NCBI GenBank assembly: GCA_016935525.1
Contig: JAFGQU010000012.1
Coordinates: forward strand, 67,248-117,433
Length of the DNA: 50,186 nucleotides
Source of the DNA: Candidatus Omnitrophota bacterium
GTDB taxonomy: Bacteria; Omnitrophota; Gorgyraeia; Duberdicusellales; 4484-171
Direction: 5' to 3'
A program made the position numbers and the translations under genes. Below the pieces are notes generated by a model that saw only the letters and a list, made by a program, of their open reading frames with translations, had not been told where the DNA came from and ran no database searches. Each line of letters begins with the position of its first letter. Within the stretch, counting starts at the first letter, position 1. This document shows positions 24,025 through 34,500 of this stretch, in pieces.

Positions 24025-24765
24025 ATGATTCAGAAAAATAAAGAAAAAACGATGAAAGTCATCGTCCTGGATGAGGTGGATTCTACCAATTCCTATCTGT
24101 TACGCCAGGGGCGTTTGGGGGCTGCGCATATGACCGTTGCCTGGGCCCATACCCAGGTCCAAGGACGCGGACGGTTCAGGCGGGAATGGATATCCGGCCG
24201 TGACCGCGGCCTGTATTTCTCAATATTGTTACGGCCGAAAAACTTAAGAAATCTGCCGTTACTCGGATTTTGTGCCGGGATAGCGCTGGTGAGGGTATTA
24301 GACGATATCCCGGAGATATCGCTTAAATGGCCTAATGATGTCATGGTCAACGGGAAAAAACTTGCCGGAATGCTGCTTGAAGCAGAAACCCGCGGCGATA
24401 CCACGCAATTTGTAGTGGTAGGTATCGGCCTTAACACCGAAGCGGCAAGCGCCGACATCCCTCAAGGCGCGACGTCGCTTTCTCTTTTAGGAAAAAAAGG
24501 TTATACAAACGAAAGACTTCTTTATAAAATAGTAAATGAATTTACAGGTTGGTATACCATGTTTGAATCGGGCAACACAAAAGCCATTCTTGACGAAGCC
24601 GCCGCGTATATGGGTACGCTTCATCAAGAGGTAAAATTGTTGCTTGATAAACGTTGGGTCACCGCGCATCCCTTAGGTCTTGATGAACAGGGAGCCCTTA
24701 AGGTGCGGCTGGCTCAAGGAAAGATCCGGACAGTAATGCCTCAGGAAGTCGAGCATGTACGATGA
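24025..24765 (+). CDS. birA: Biotin--[acetyl-CoA-carboxylase] ligase (group I, no HTH domain)
   Basis: GRGRFRREW biotin/ATP-binding loop and KWPNDV. The start is ambiguous: TTG 24016 overlapping the uvrB stop, ATG 24025, or ATG 24052. Confidence 0.88.
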   Translation: MIQKNKEKTMKVIVLDEVDSTNSYLLRQGRLGAAHMTVAWAHTQVQGRGRFRREWISGRDRGLYFSILLRPKNLRNLPLLGFCAGIALVRVLDDIPEISLKWPNDVMVNGKKLAGMLLEAETRGDTTQFVVVGIGLNTEAASADIPQGATSLSLLGKKGYTNERLLYKIVNEFTGWYTMFESGNTKAILDEAAAYMGTLHQEVKLLLDKRWVTAHPLGLDEQGALKVRLAQGKIRTVMPQEVEHVR

Positions 24766-25499
24766 TCCTTATCGATGTAGGAAATACCAGAATCCATTTT
24801 GCCTATGCCCGGGGAGATACAATAACCCGGCGTGCGTATCTTGACACTCAGGATGCGGACACAAGTTCGATCCGGCGGGTTTTTGACCGGTTCCCTAAAG
24901 GAAAGGTCTTGATCTGTTCGGTAGTGCCCAACGTCACGCGTTTGTTTCCGCGTAAAAAGAACAATACCCTGGTAGTCGGTAAAGACGTCGCGGTCCCTAT
25001 CCGTTGCCGATATAACCAAAAACAGGTAGGTCAGGACCGGTTACTTCTGGCGTTTGGAGCCGGACAATGTTACCGGGATGCCCGGATAATCATCGATTTC
25101 GGTACGGCGATTACTTTTGATTTCCTTTCGTCAAAAGGAGAATATCTCGGCGGATTTATTTTTCCCGGGATAGAGATTTCGACAAAAGCGCTGGCCCGGT
25201 GCGCGTTGTTACCGCACATACGATTAAACGCGAAAAATATGAAAAGAAAATATTCTATCGCCCGTACTACCGAAGAAAGTATCAGCCGCGGGGTATGTGA
25301 AGGGGTGATCGCTATGATTAATTCCTGGATAGAATCGTATGCGGCCCGTCTTATAGGGCAAACACGTATCCGCAAAGGCCAGGTCATTTTGACCGGCGGC
25401 TGCGCCGGTATGATCCGTAAGAGATTCACGTTCCCGTACCGTTATGATCCGGATCTGATCTTCAGGGGGATGATCCGGCTGGTCTCGCCTGTCCGCTAA
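24762..25499 (+). CDS. coaX: Type III pantothenate kinase
   Basis: 245 aa. N-terminal MILIDVGNTRIHFA, DFGTAITFD and TGG motifs of the ASKHA-fold CoaX. Confidence 0.92.
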   Translation: MILIDVGNTRIHFAYARGDTITRRAYLDTQDADTSSIRRVFDRFPKGKVLICSVVPNVTRLFPRKKNNTLVVGKDVAVPIRCRYNQKQVGQDRLLLAFGAGQCYRDARIIIDFGTAITFDFLSSKGEYLGGFIFPGIEISTKALARCALLPHIRLNAKNMKRKYSIARTTEESISRGVCEGVIAMINSWIESYAARLIGQTRIRKGQVILTGGCAGMIRKRFTFPYRYDPDLIFRGMIRLVSPVR

Positions 25500-25757
25500 G
25501 CTTTTTCAGGGTTTTCCTATTTTTACAAAACATGAAGCGTTCTCGACTTTGTTACGATGATTTCTCATAATTGATTGATTACCAGGAAGATAGGGAGACT
25601 TTTCGCGTACTTAATTATTGCAGTTCGAGAAAGCTTCTGATTACAGCGATGAGAGATAGATTACATTGATTGTAAAGTTATTGTGATTATCCATGAAATC
25701 TCTGCAATCAAGTTCTTCCCCTCTGTAGCAAACTTAGGAAAGAACTCAAAAAATATC

Positions 25758-25785
25758 TTGACAACAAAATCACCTTCGATAGAAT
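25758..25785 (+). promoter_or_regulatory. Candidate sigma70 promoter of groES-groEL
   Basis: TTGACA (25758-25763), 16-nt spacer, TAGAAT (25780-25785). Confidence 0.6.
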
Positions 25786-25787
25786 AT

Positions 25788-25814
25788 TTAGCAGTTTACC
25801 TAGGACTCTGCTAA
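25788..25814 (+). promoter_or_regulatory. CIRCE-like inverted repeat (putative HrcA operator)
   Basis: TTAGCAGTT-N9-CTCTGCTAA compared with the CIRCE consensus TTAGCACTC-N9-GAGTGCTAA. It lies immediately downstream of the -10 element and upstream of groES. Confidence 0.6.
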
Positions 25815-25877
25815 ATTGTTCGTAAGGATGTAAGAATAATTAATTTTTGTGGTGTAACGTAATGAGGAGGTGAGTGT

Positions 25878-26165
25878 ATGAAGATTAAACCTTTAGGTGA
25901 CCGAGTCGTCGTGAAACGTTCCGAAGAGAAAGAAAAGACTAAGGGGGGGATTCTTCTGCCCGATACTGCGAAAGAGAGGCCGCAGGAAGGCAAGATCGTC
26001 GCCATCGGTGAAGGGAGAAAAACCGATGAAGGGAAAATCGTCCCTTTGACGCTTAAGGTCGGCGACACGATTTTATACGGAAAATATTCCGGAACAGAGA
26101 TCACCGTGGATGAAGAAGAATATCTCATCATGCGTGAAGATGATGTGTTGGCTGTAATCGGATAG
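25878..26165 (+). CDS. groES: Co-chaperonin GroES
   Basis: 95 aa. [14 protein letters not shown]..., with a strong AGGAGGTG Shine-Dalgarno sequence. Confidence 0.97.
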   Translation: MKIKPLGDRVVVKRSEEKEKTKGGILLPDTAKERPQEGKIVAIGEGRKTDEGKIVPLTLKVGDTILYGKYSGTEITVDEEEYLIMREDDVLAVIG

Positions 26166-26191
26166 GTATTTACTTAAAGACTAGTTTTTAG

Positions 26192-27847
<1,656 letters not shown>

Positions 27848-27879
27848 ACACCGGCGGAAATAGATAGAAATAAACCTGT

Positions 27880-27926
27880 CCCTTTTAAGCTCTGCGGATA
27901 TATATATTCCGCAGAGCTTAAAAGGG
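27880..27926. terminator. Perfect 19-bp-stem palindrome after groEL (probable terminator hairpin, no U-tract)
   Basis: CCCTTTTAAGCTCTGCGGA-TATATATAT-TCCGCAGAGCTTAAAAGGG. The two arms are exactly complementary. Confidence 0.5.
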
Positions 27927-27944
27927 GTTCTCTCATAAAGCCAG

Positions 27945-28259
27945 ATGAGTAGATCCTGTGCCTTCAACGAAAAACAAAAAACAATCACCCTGTTGATTGT
28001 CGGTTCGGTAGTAAGTGTCCTTTTTGCTTGGTATACTCAGACTAAAGCCGCCTTAAGTGTCTCTTCCTGCAGCTATCTCGACCCTATCCTTGTAGATATT
28101 ACCGCGTTTATCGCGGGAATATTTTTAATCAGCGAAGGTATCTATAAGCTTCTGCAGCATCGGGAAACCCGTTGTTTGTTTCAGTTTACCCGGTGTCTGC
28201 GGGTATGGTTAGGGGTAAGCATCACCGTTATCCATATCCTTCAATTTATCCACAAATAG
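27945..28259 (+). CDS. Hypothetical small membrane protein
   Basis: 104 aa with about three hydrophobic helices. No recognisable family and a weak ribosome-binding site. Confidence 0.4.
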   Translation: MSRSCAFNEKQKTITLLIVGSVVSVLFAWYTQTKAALSVSSCSYLDPILVDITAFIAGIFLISEGIYKLLQHRETRCLFQFTRCLRVWLGVSITVIHILQFIHK

Positions 28260-28356
28260 TTTCCGGTAGAATCCTCAGCAATAATCTGGAGTATACCTGA
28301 AAATCGGCAATTCAAATAGAGAAGGAATATTGTCGCTGAAGGCTTCAATTCTGGTC

Positions 28357-28396
28357 AAGATATCCTGTTTTTTCTCATTATAGGATATTTTTTTTC
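28357..28396 (+). terminator. Candidate intrinsic terminator
   Basis: ATATCCT (28360-28366) pairs with AGGATAT (28382-28388) and is followed by a T8 run. Confidence 0.35.
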
Positions 28397-28407
28397 TAAA
28401 ACAATCT

Positions 28408-28435
28408 TTGTATGAGGATGAGCTTTTGTTATAAT
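28408..28435 (+). promoter_or_regulatory. Candidate promoter of the DUF192 gene
   Basis: TTGTAT, 16-nt spacer, TATAAT. The ATG at 28448 is 12 nt after the -10 element and there is no Shine-Dalgarno sequence. Confidence 0.5.
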
Positions 28436-28447
28436 GAATAATCCATT

Positions 28448-28885
28448 ATGGCAAAGAAGATATATCTATATATCATCCTCGGCAGTTTAATCCTGATCGG
28501 TTCCGGCTGTGACCGCTCTTTACCGCGAAAAGTCTGTGTGAGGAGTGCCTGTTTTGAGGTTGAGGTCGCCGATACCCCTCACACTCGACAAAAAGGGCTC
28601 ATGTACCGTACTACGCTTGAAAAAAATCACGGTATGCTTTTTATATTTTCCCAATCGACCCCCACCGGGTTCTGGATGAAAAATACGTATATACCGTTAG
28701 ATATGATATGGATCGATGAGAGCACATATATTGTTGCGGTCAAACAGAACGCCTTGCCGTGTACCCAAGACCCCTGTCCGGTGATGTCTCCGGGGCAACC
28801 GGCCCGTTATGTCCTGGAGATTAATAGCGGACTGACCGCAGAGTATGGGATACAGATCGGTGATAAGGTTTCATTTAGATATTGA
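28448..28885 (+). CDS. DUF192-domain lipoprotein
   Basis: 145 aa. Lipobox LIGSGC. The core motifs EVADTPHTRQKGLMYR...GMLFIF and IPLDMIWID are typical of DUF192. Confidence 0.8.
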   Translation: MAKKIYLYIILGSLILIGSGCDRSLPRKVCVRSACFEVEVADTPHTRQKGLMYRTTLEKNHGMLFIFSQSTPTGFWMKNTYIPLDMIWIDESTYIVAVKQNALPCTQDPCPVMSPGQPARYVLEINSGLTAEYGIQIGDKVSFRY

Positions 28886-28938
28886 TATAGAGGATAAGAG
28901 AATTTCTTGTAAGAACATTTTTTTGTGAGGAGAAATAC

Positions 28939-29694
28939 ATGGTAGAAAAAGTGATCCCGATCGCGTGCCGGGCCGGAGAGTTCCTTAAAGATAATTTTGG
29001 CCGGGTTCATCAGCTTCATGTCAAAGGAGACCGTAATTTTGCCACGGAGATCGACCGGGCGGCCGAACGGATGATCGTCGACGATATCAAAAGAGGATTC
29101 CCCGGACAGGGGATCCTTGCCGAGGAAGAAGAGCGTTCGGACCTTGAGAACGAATATCTCTGGATCATCGATCCTTTGGACGGCACCCATAATTATATCC
29201 AGCATATCCCGGTATACGGCGTTTCGATCGGGCTGGTCCGTAACGGCGATTTTGTACTCGGAGTGATCTATATGCCTCAAGATAACGAGCTCTATGTGGC
29301 CCAAAAAAATAACGGCGCCTATAAAAACGGACAGAAAATAACGGTCAGTAAAAAACAGAATTTAAAAGAATGTTCGATCTCTTTTGATTCCAGTATCCGC
29401 CACTCGCCCGATATCATGCTTAGGACGTTAGGGGCCGTCGCGGGCGAAGTGTTTAACGTGCGGATGTTAGGCTCATCGGCCCGCCTGCTTTCTTATGTCG
29501 CTGAAGGTAAGCTGGATGCGGCGATAGAATATCATGACCAGCCCTGGGATTTTGCCGCGGGCGTATGTATTATCCGGGAAGCGCACGGGGTATTTACCGA
29601 TTTGAGAGGAGAGAAGGTTACTTCTCATACCGTGGGATACCTTGCCGCCCCGGCCGCCATCCATACCCAGCTTTCACCGCTCATCATCGTGTAG
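28939..29694 (+). CDS. Inositol monophosphatase-family protein (SuhB-like)
   Basis: 251 aa. EEE, WIIDPLDGTHNY and WDFAAG motifs. Confidence 0.9.
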   Translation: MVEKVIPIACRAGEFLKDNFGRVHQLHVKGDRNFATEIDRAAERMIVDDIKRGFPGQGILAEEEERSDLENEYLWIIDPLDGTHNYIQHIPVYGVSIGLVRNGDFVLGVIYMPQDNELYVAQKNNGAYKNGQKITVSKKQNLKECSISFDSSIRHSPDIMLRTLGAVAGEVFNVRMLGSSARLLSYVAEGKLDAAIEYHDQPWDFAAGVCIIREAHGVFTDLRGEKVTSHTVGYLAAPAAIHTQLSPLIIV

Positions 29695-29723
29695 GGGTGT
29701 ATCTTCAGAAAACGATTTCTTTC

Positions 29724-29751
29724 TTGTCAGGGAGAGGGGTAGGTATATAAT
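29724..29751 (+). promoter_or_regulatory. Candidate promoter of the TPS operon
   Basis: TTGTCA, 16-nt spacer, TATAAT. The ATG at 29769 is 17 nt downstream. Confidence 0.45.
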
Positions 29752-29768
29752 AAAAATAACTACTCTCT

Positions 29769-31487
29769 ATGAACAGACAAAAAGATCATTCTATTTTTTT
29801 CCTCTTGGGTATACTTGTCATCATTTTCTTGGGAAGCTCAGGATACGGCCAGGAGGCAGAAAAGATCCAGCGCGGTGAACAGGATCTGAATCGCGAGGAG
29901 GAGCTGCGCCGGAGGATCCAGTTCGTTCCGCGTCCCTCTTTGATCGAAACAGAGAAAGAGTCTTCTTCTTCCCTTCCTACCGCATCACCCGGAGAAAAAA
30001 TATATGTGCGTTCTGTCGTCGTAAAAGGGGTTACTGTCTTTTCTCGGCAGGATATCGTTGGTATCGTGAGTAAATTCGAACAGAAGGACCTTTCTTTCGG
30101 GCACATCCGGGAACTGGCTGAGAATATTACCGAGGTGTATCGTGAAAGAGGCTATATCAATTCGCGAGCATATATCCCTCCGCAAACGATAGCCGATGGA
30201 ATACTTACCGTCCAGGTGGTCGAGGCGAACATTGCCGATATCCGGGTGGAAGGGAATCGTTATTTCAAGCCGTTTTTGTACATAAAAGAATTAGCGTTAA
30301 AAAAAGGAGACATATTAAATTATTTCCACTTAAAACGAGGTTTGCGACGGATCAATTCCCATCCCGACCGGCTTGCCCGGATAGTAGTATCTCCGGGGGA
30401 AGAACCCGGCAGTACCGATCTTTTAATAAAGGTCAGCGAACGTTTCCCTTTCCACAGCGGATGGGGCTGGGATAATTTCGGATCCCGTTATGTCCATCAG
30501 GATCGTTACAAAACGGTACTTACTCATAATAATGTTACGGGCCACGGCGATATCCTTTCTTTTCAGTATCTGTTGACTCAAGCCAATACGATGGCGTTCA
30601 CTTATTTAAGTTATGTATTCCCGCTTTGCAACGATTTGCGTGTCGGTTTTTTTACCGGCCGGACGAAAGTCGATCTGGCCGATGAATATAAAGCTCTGGA
30701 GGTGAGAGGTAAAAGTAAAGTGTACAGTGTATACGCGATACAGTCTCTGCTCAATGAAGAAAGGGTACATGTGGATTTGAACGTTGGGTTTGATTATACC
30801 GATGTATTTAACTTCCAGTTGGGGCAGGAGAGCGGTCGCGATCGGATGCGAGTAGTAAGGATAGGAATAGATGCCGATTTTACCGATCAACAGGGACGGA
30901 CGATCTTTACCGACGAAATAAATTTTGGGGTCCCCAATATTATGGGCGGACTTCGGGCTAAAGACGACCGTGCTTCGCGTGCAGGATCGGGTGGGCGGTT
31001 CGTTAAAAAGGATATAAGTCTGTTGCGTCTTCAGAAGATGCCGAAAGATTCGTTTTTGTTTTTAAAAAATCAGTTCCAGTTCAGTCCCTATACCCTGACT
31101 GCGTCGGAACAGTTTCAAATCGGGGGGATTGCCAATCTGCGCGGATATTCTCCGGCGGAAGAAGTGGGAGATCGGGGGTATTCGTCGTCGGTAGAATGGT
31201 CTTTTCCGGCTTATGGCCTTTCTCCAAAAATACAGGTGCCGTTTTCCCGTGCGACGTTACACGAAGCATTGCGGTTTGCCGTATTCTATGATTGGGCGAA
31301 CGTTACTCTCAATAACCCCCAGGCTGACGAGGAAAAAAGCACGACGTTACGGAGCGTCGGTTGCGGTTTTCGGGTTACTTTACCGGAAGATTTTTTTATA
31401 AGGCTGGATATCGGTTGGCCGTTAGACCGAACGCCTCGTGACGATACACATGCCCATACCTGGTTGCAGGTGATAAAGAATTTCTGA
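29769..31487 (+). CDS. Two-partner-secretion outer-membrane transporter (TpsB; ShlB/FhaC/HecB family)
   Basis: 572 aa. Signal peptide, POTRA-type segments (VVVKGVTVFSRQDI..., ILTVQVVEANIADIRVEGNRYF), a C-terminal beta-barrel and a terminal aromatic residue (..VIKNF). Confidence 0.88.
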   Translation: MNRQKDHSIFFLLGILVIIFLGSSGYGQEAEKIQRGEQDLNREEELRRRIQFVPRPSLIETEKESSSSLPTASPGEKIYVRSVVVKGVTVFSRQDIVGIVSKFEQKDLSFGHIRELAENITEVYRERGYINSRAYIPPQTIADGILTVQVVEANIADIRVEGNRYFKPFLYIKELALKKGDILNYFHLKRGLRRINSHPDRLARIVVSPGEEPGSTDLLIKVSERFPFHSGWGWDNFGSRYVHQDRYKTVLTHNNVTGHGDILSFQYLLTQANTMAFTYLSYVFPLCNDLRVGFFTGRTKVDLADEYKALEVRGKSKVYSVYAIQSLLNEERVHVDLNVGFDYTDVFNFQLGQESGRDRMRVVRIGIDADFTDQQGRTIFTDEINFGVPNIMGGLRAKDDRASRAGSGGRFVKKDISLLRLQKMPKDSFLFLKNQFQFSPYTLTASEQFQIGGIANLRGYSPAEEVGDRGYSSSVEWSFPAYGLSPKIQVPFSRATLHEALRFAVFYDWANVTLNNPQADEEKSTTLRSVGCGFRVTLPEDFFIRLDIGWPLDRTPRDDTHAHTWLQVIKNF

Positions 31488-31515
31488 GTGCGGATATGAA
31501 TATGAAGGAAAGAAA

Positions 31516-34500
31516 ATGAGTTTCACCGGGATCAACGGAAAAAAGAACAGGCTGTCCTCTGTTCGTCTCTTGCTGGTTTTTGCTCTCAGTCTGTATGCGG
31601 TCTGGGGGTATTGTCTGCCGCAAGGAGAAAAGGTCGTTTCCGGGAGTGCCCGCTTCGACCGGAGCGGCGAACAATTATCGATAACGACTCCTTCGGATAG
31701 ACTGATCGTGAATTATCAGGATTTTTCTATCGGAAAGACCGAACAGGTTTCTTTCCATCAACCGTCATCGGGAGCGATCGCGTTGAATCGGGTTGTCGGA
31801 GAATCGCCTTCGGCGATCCTGGGCCGGCTTTCGGCGAACGGAAAAGTTTTTCTGGTAAATCCTAACGGGGTCCTTTTCGGACCCGATTCACGGGTCGATG
31901 TTGCCGGGCTTGTCGCGTCGACCCTGGCGGTTCGCGATGAAGATTTTCTTGCCGGACGATACCACTTCTCCGGGCAGGGATCCGAAACGGCGATTCTTAC
32001 GAATCAGGGGCAGATCGAGATCCAGGCTCAAGGGTACGCTTGCCTGCTTTCTCCGTCGATAGAAAATCAGGGAGTTATTCAGGCACCGCTGGGAACGATC
32101 GTCCTCGCTGCCGGAGAGAAGATGACGTTAGCGTTAGATGAACAGAATGATATATCTGTTGTTATTGCCGATCCGGTAATGACCGAACATATTCATTCTG
32201 TCGTCGACCGCGGGAGTATGCTGGAAAATTCCGGTGTCCTTGCCGCCGATGGAGGGAAAGTGGTCTTGACGGCAAAAGGGTTCAATGAGGTGCTCGATTA
32301 CAGCATTAATAACAGCGGAATTATCCAGGCTGATTCCTGGGAAAATCATGACGGGATCGTTGAATTGATCGCCAGTGAAGGGACAGTCGTCAATACCGGT
32401 ACGATTTCCGCCGGTCAGGTGCATTTAAATATCACCGCTCCTTATTTTTTTAATGCCGGCGATATGTTCGTCGAAGATCTCAACTCTTGGTGGGAATGTG
32501 CCCAGACATTGTTATTCTGGCAGGAATACGTTCCGTCGTTACAAGCAGAAGGAGAGTCCGAACGCTGGCACCTTGTGAACCGGGCTCAGAATTTACGGGC
32601 CTACATCGACGATCAGGGGTGGATACTTCAATCTCGCGATCAAAGCGGTTCTGCCTGGCAATGGGAATACGTGTTTGTCGGTGTCGGAAAAGAAGATGGA
32701 GAATTTCTGGTGTATCCCGATCTCACTGGGGATTCGGTATCACCACAATTGAATAAGATCGTACGCGATCACGGGGACGTCCGGGAATGGTATGTGAACG
32801 GTCCGGAAGGGATCGAACAGGGGTTTACGGTGATGAATGAACCTCAGGGAGAGGGAATGCTGGTGATAAAAGGCCTTGTTGAAACCGATCTTTCGGTTTC
32901 TTTTTCTTCGTCTCAAGAGGTAACTTTCACTGCCGATGACCATACTTCCGGATTTACGTATCGTGACCTTAAAGTATATGACGCGTTAGGAAACGTTCTC
33001 CCTTCACGGATGGAGATAACGCAGGAAGAAGGGAAGATGTATCTTTCTTTTTTTATCGATGATAGTACGGCGGTATATCCGTTGAAGATCGATCCGGTAT
33101 CGGCAAGTCCCGACTGGATGGTAGCCGAAGCGAATATGATCGGTGACTGGTTCGGGTTTGCCTGTGAATCTGCCGGTGACGTGAATGCCGATGGGTATTC
33201 CGATGTACTGGTGGGTGCGGCCGGTTGGGATAATGGCGAGGCCGGTGAAGGTGCGGCATATCTTTATTATGGATCGGCCGGCGGACTCTCGGCGGTTTCT
33301 GACTGGATGGTCGAAGGAGACAGTGTTGATGCCAATCTCGGTTGGGTGGTTGCGACTGCCGGTGACGTCAACGGTGATGGATTTTCCGATGTGGTGATCG
33401 GCTTGCCGGGATATGAGAACGGCGAAGCAATTGAAGGTGCGGTTTGGGGATTTTATGGATCGGCCGGCGGGCTCGGATCTTCTCCGAATTGGGCTATAGA
33501 AAGCAACTGGGCTAATTCGCTTTTAGGAACTGATGCTGCGACCGCCGGTGACGTCAACGGCGACGGCTATTCCGATGTCATCGTCGGCGCGTATGCCTAC
33601 AGTAACGGAGAAGCCAATGAAGGGGCGGCTTATCTTTATTATGGATCGGCATCCGGACTTTCGCTTGTTCCGGATTGGCAGGCCGAAAGTAATGTCGCCG
33701 GTGCCTGGTACGGGTATTGGACGAGGACTGCCGGTGACGTCAACGGCGACGGGTTCTCCGATGTGATCGTGACTGCGCCACAGTACAGTAATGGTGAAGC
33801 GAATGAGGGAGCGGCGTATATTTATTACGGATCAGCGGGAGGACTTCCCGGAGTTGCCGATTGGCAGGTTGAAGCGAATGTGGCTAATGTAATATTAGGA
33901 GCAGGGGCTGGTACCGCCGGCGATGTCAACGGTGACGGGTATTCCGACGTGATCGTGGCCGTACCGAAATATACGAATGGTCAGGCCAACGAAGGGGCAG
34001 CGTATGTGTATTATGGATCGGCCTTAGGTGTCTCGGCAGTACCGGATTGGACGGTAGAGAGCGATCAGGCCGATGCCTGGATGGGATATTATGCGACTGC
34101 AACCGCCGGTGACGTCGACGGTGACGGGTATTCCGACGTGATCGTCGGCGCGCCGTTTTATGATAACGGTGAAAACGATGAAGGCCGGGTTTTTTTATAT
34201 CAGGGGTCAAGTACGGGATTATCGTTCACTGCCGATTGGACCGGAGAGAGTGATGTGGTCGATGCCTATTTCGGTCATCATGTCGCGACCGCCGGTGATA
34301 TCAACGGTGACGGGTTCTCCGATGTGGTCATCGGCGCGCCGTTTTCGACATTTACCAATCCTGCCGGCGGGATCGGCCGCGCGTATTTGTATTACGGTTC
34401 GAGTTCTACTCTTTCTTTGAGTCCTGACTGGACTCACCAGACCGGTCAGGCCGGCGATTGGTTCGGGTTTACCTGTGAATCTGCCGGCGACGTCAATGCC

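Noticed and set aside
25500-25757. About 260 nt of unannotated spacer before groES with recurring GATTAC/GATTGT words and one TTATCCATG (DnaA-box-like, 7/9 match). It was considered as an oriC fragment or small RNA.
   Set aside because: There is only one weak DnaA-like box, no AT-rich unwinding element, no dnaA or dnaN nearby, no convincing hairpins, and only ORFs of 20 aa or fewer. The evidence is insufficient.
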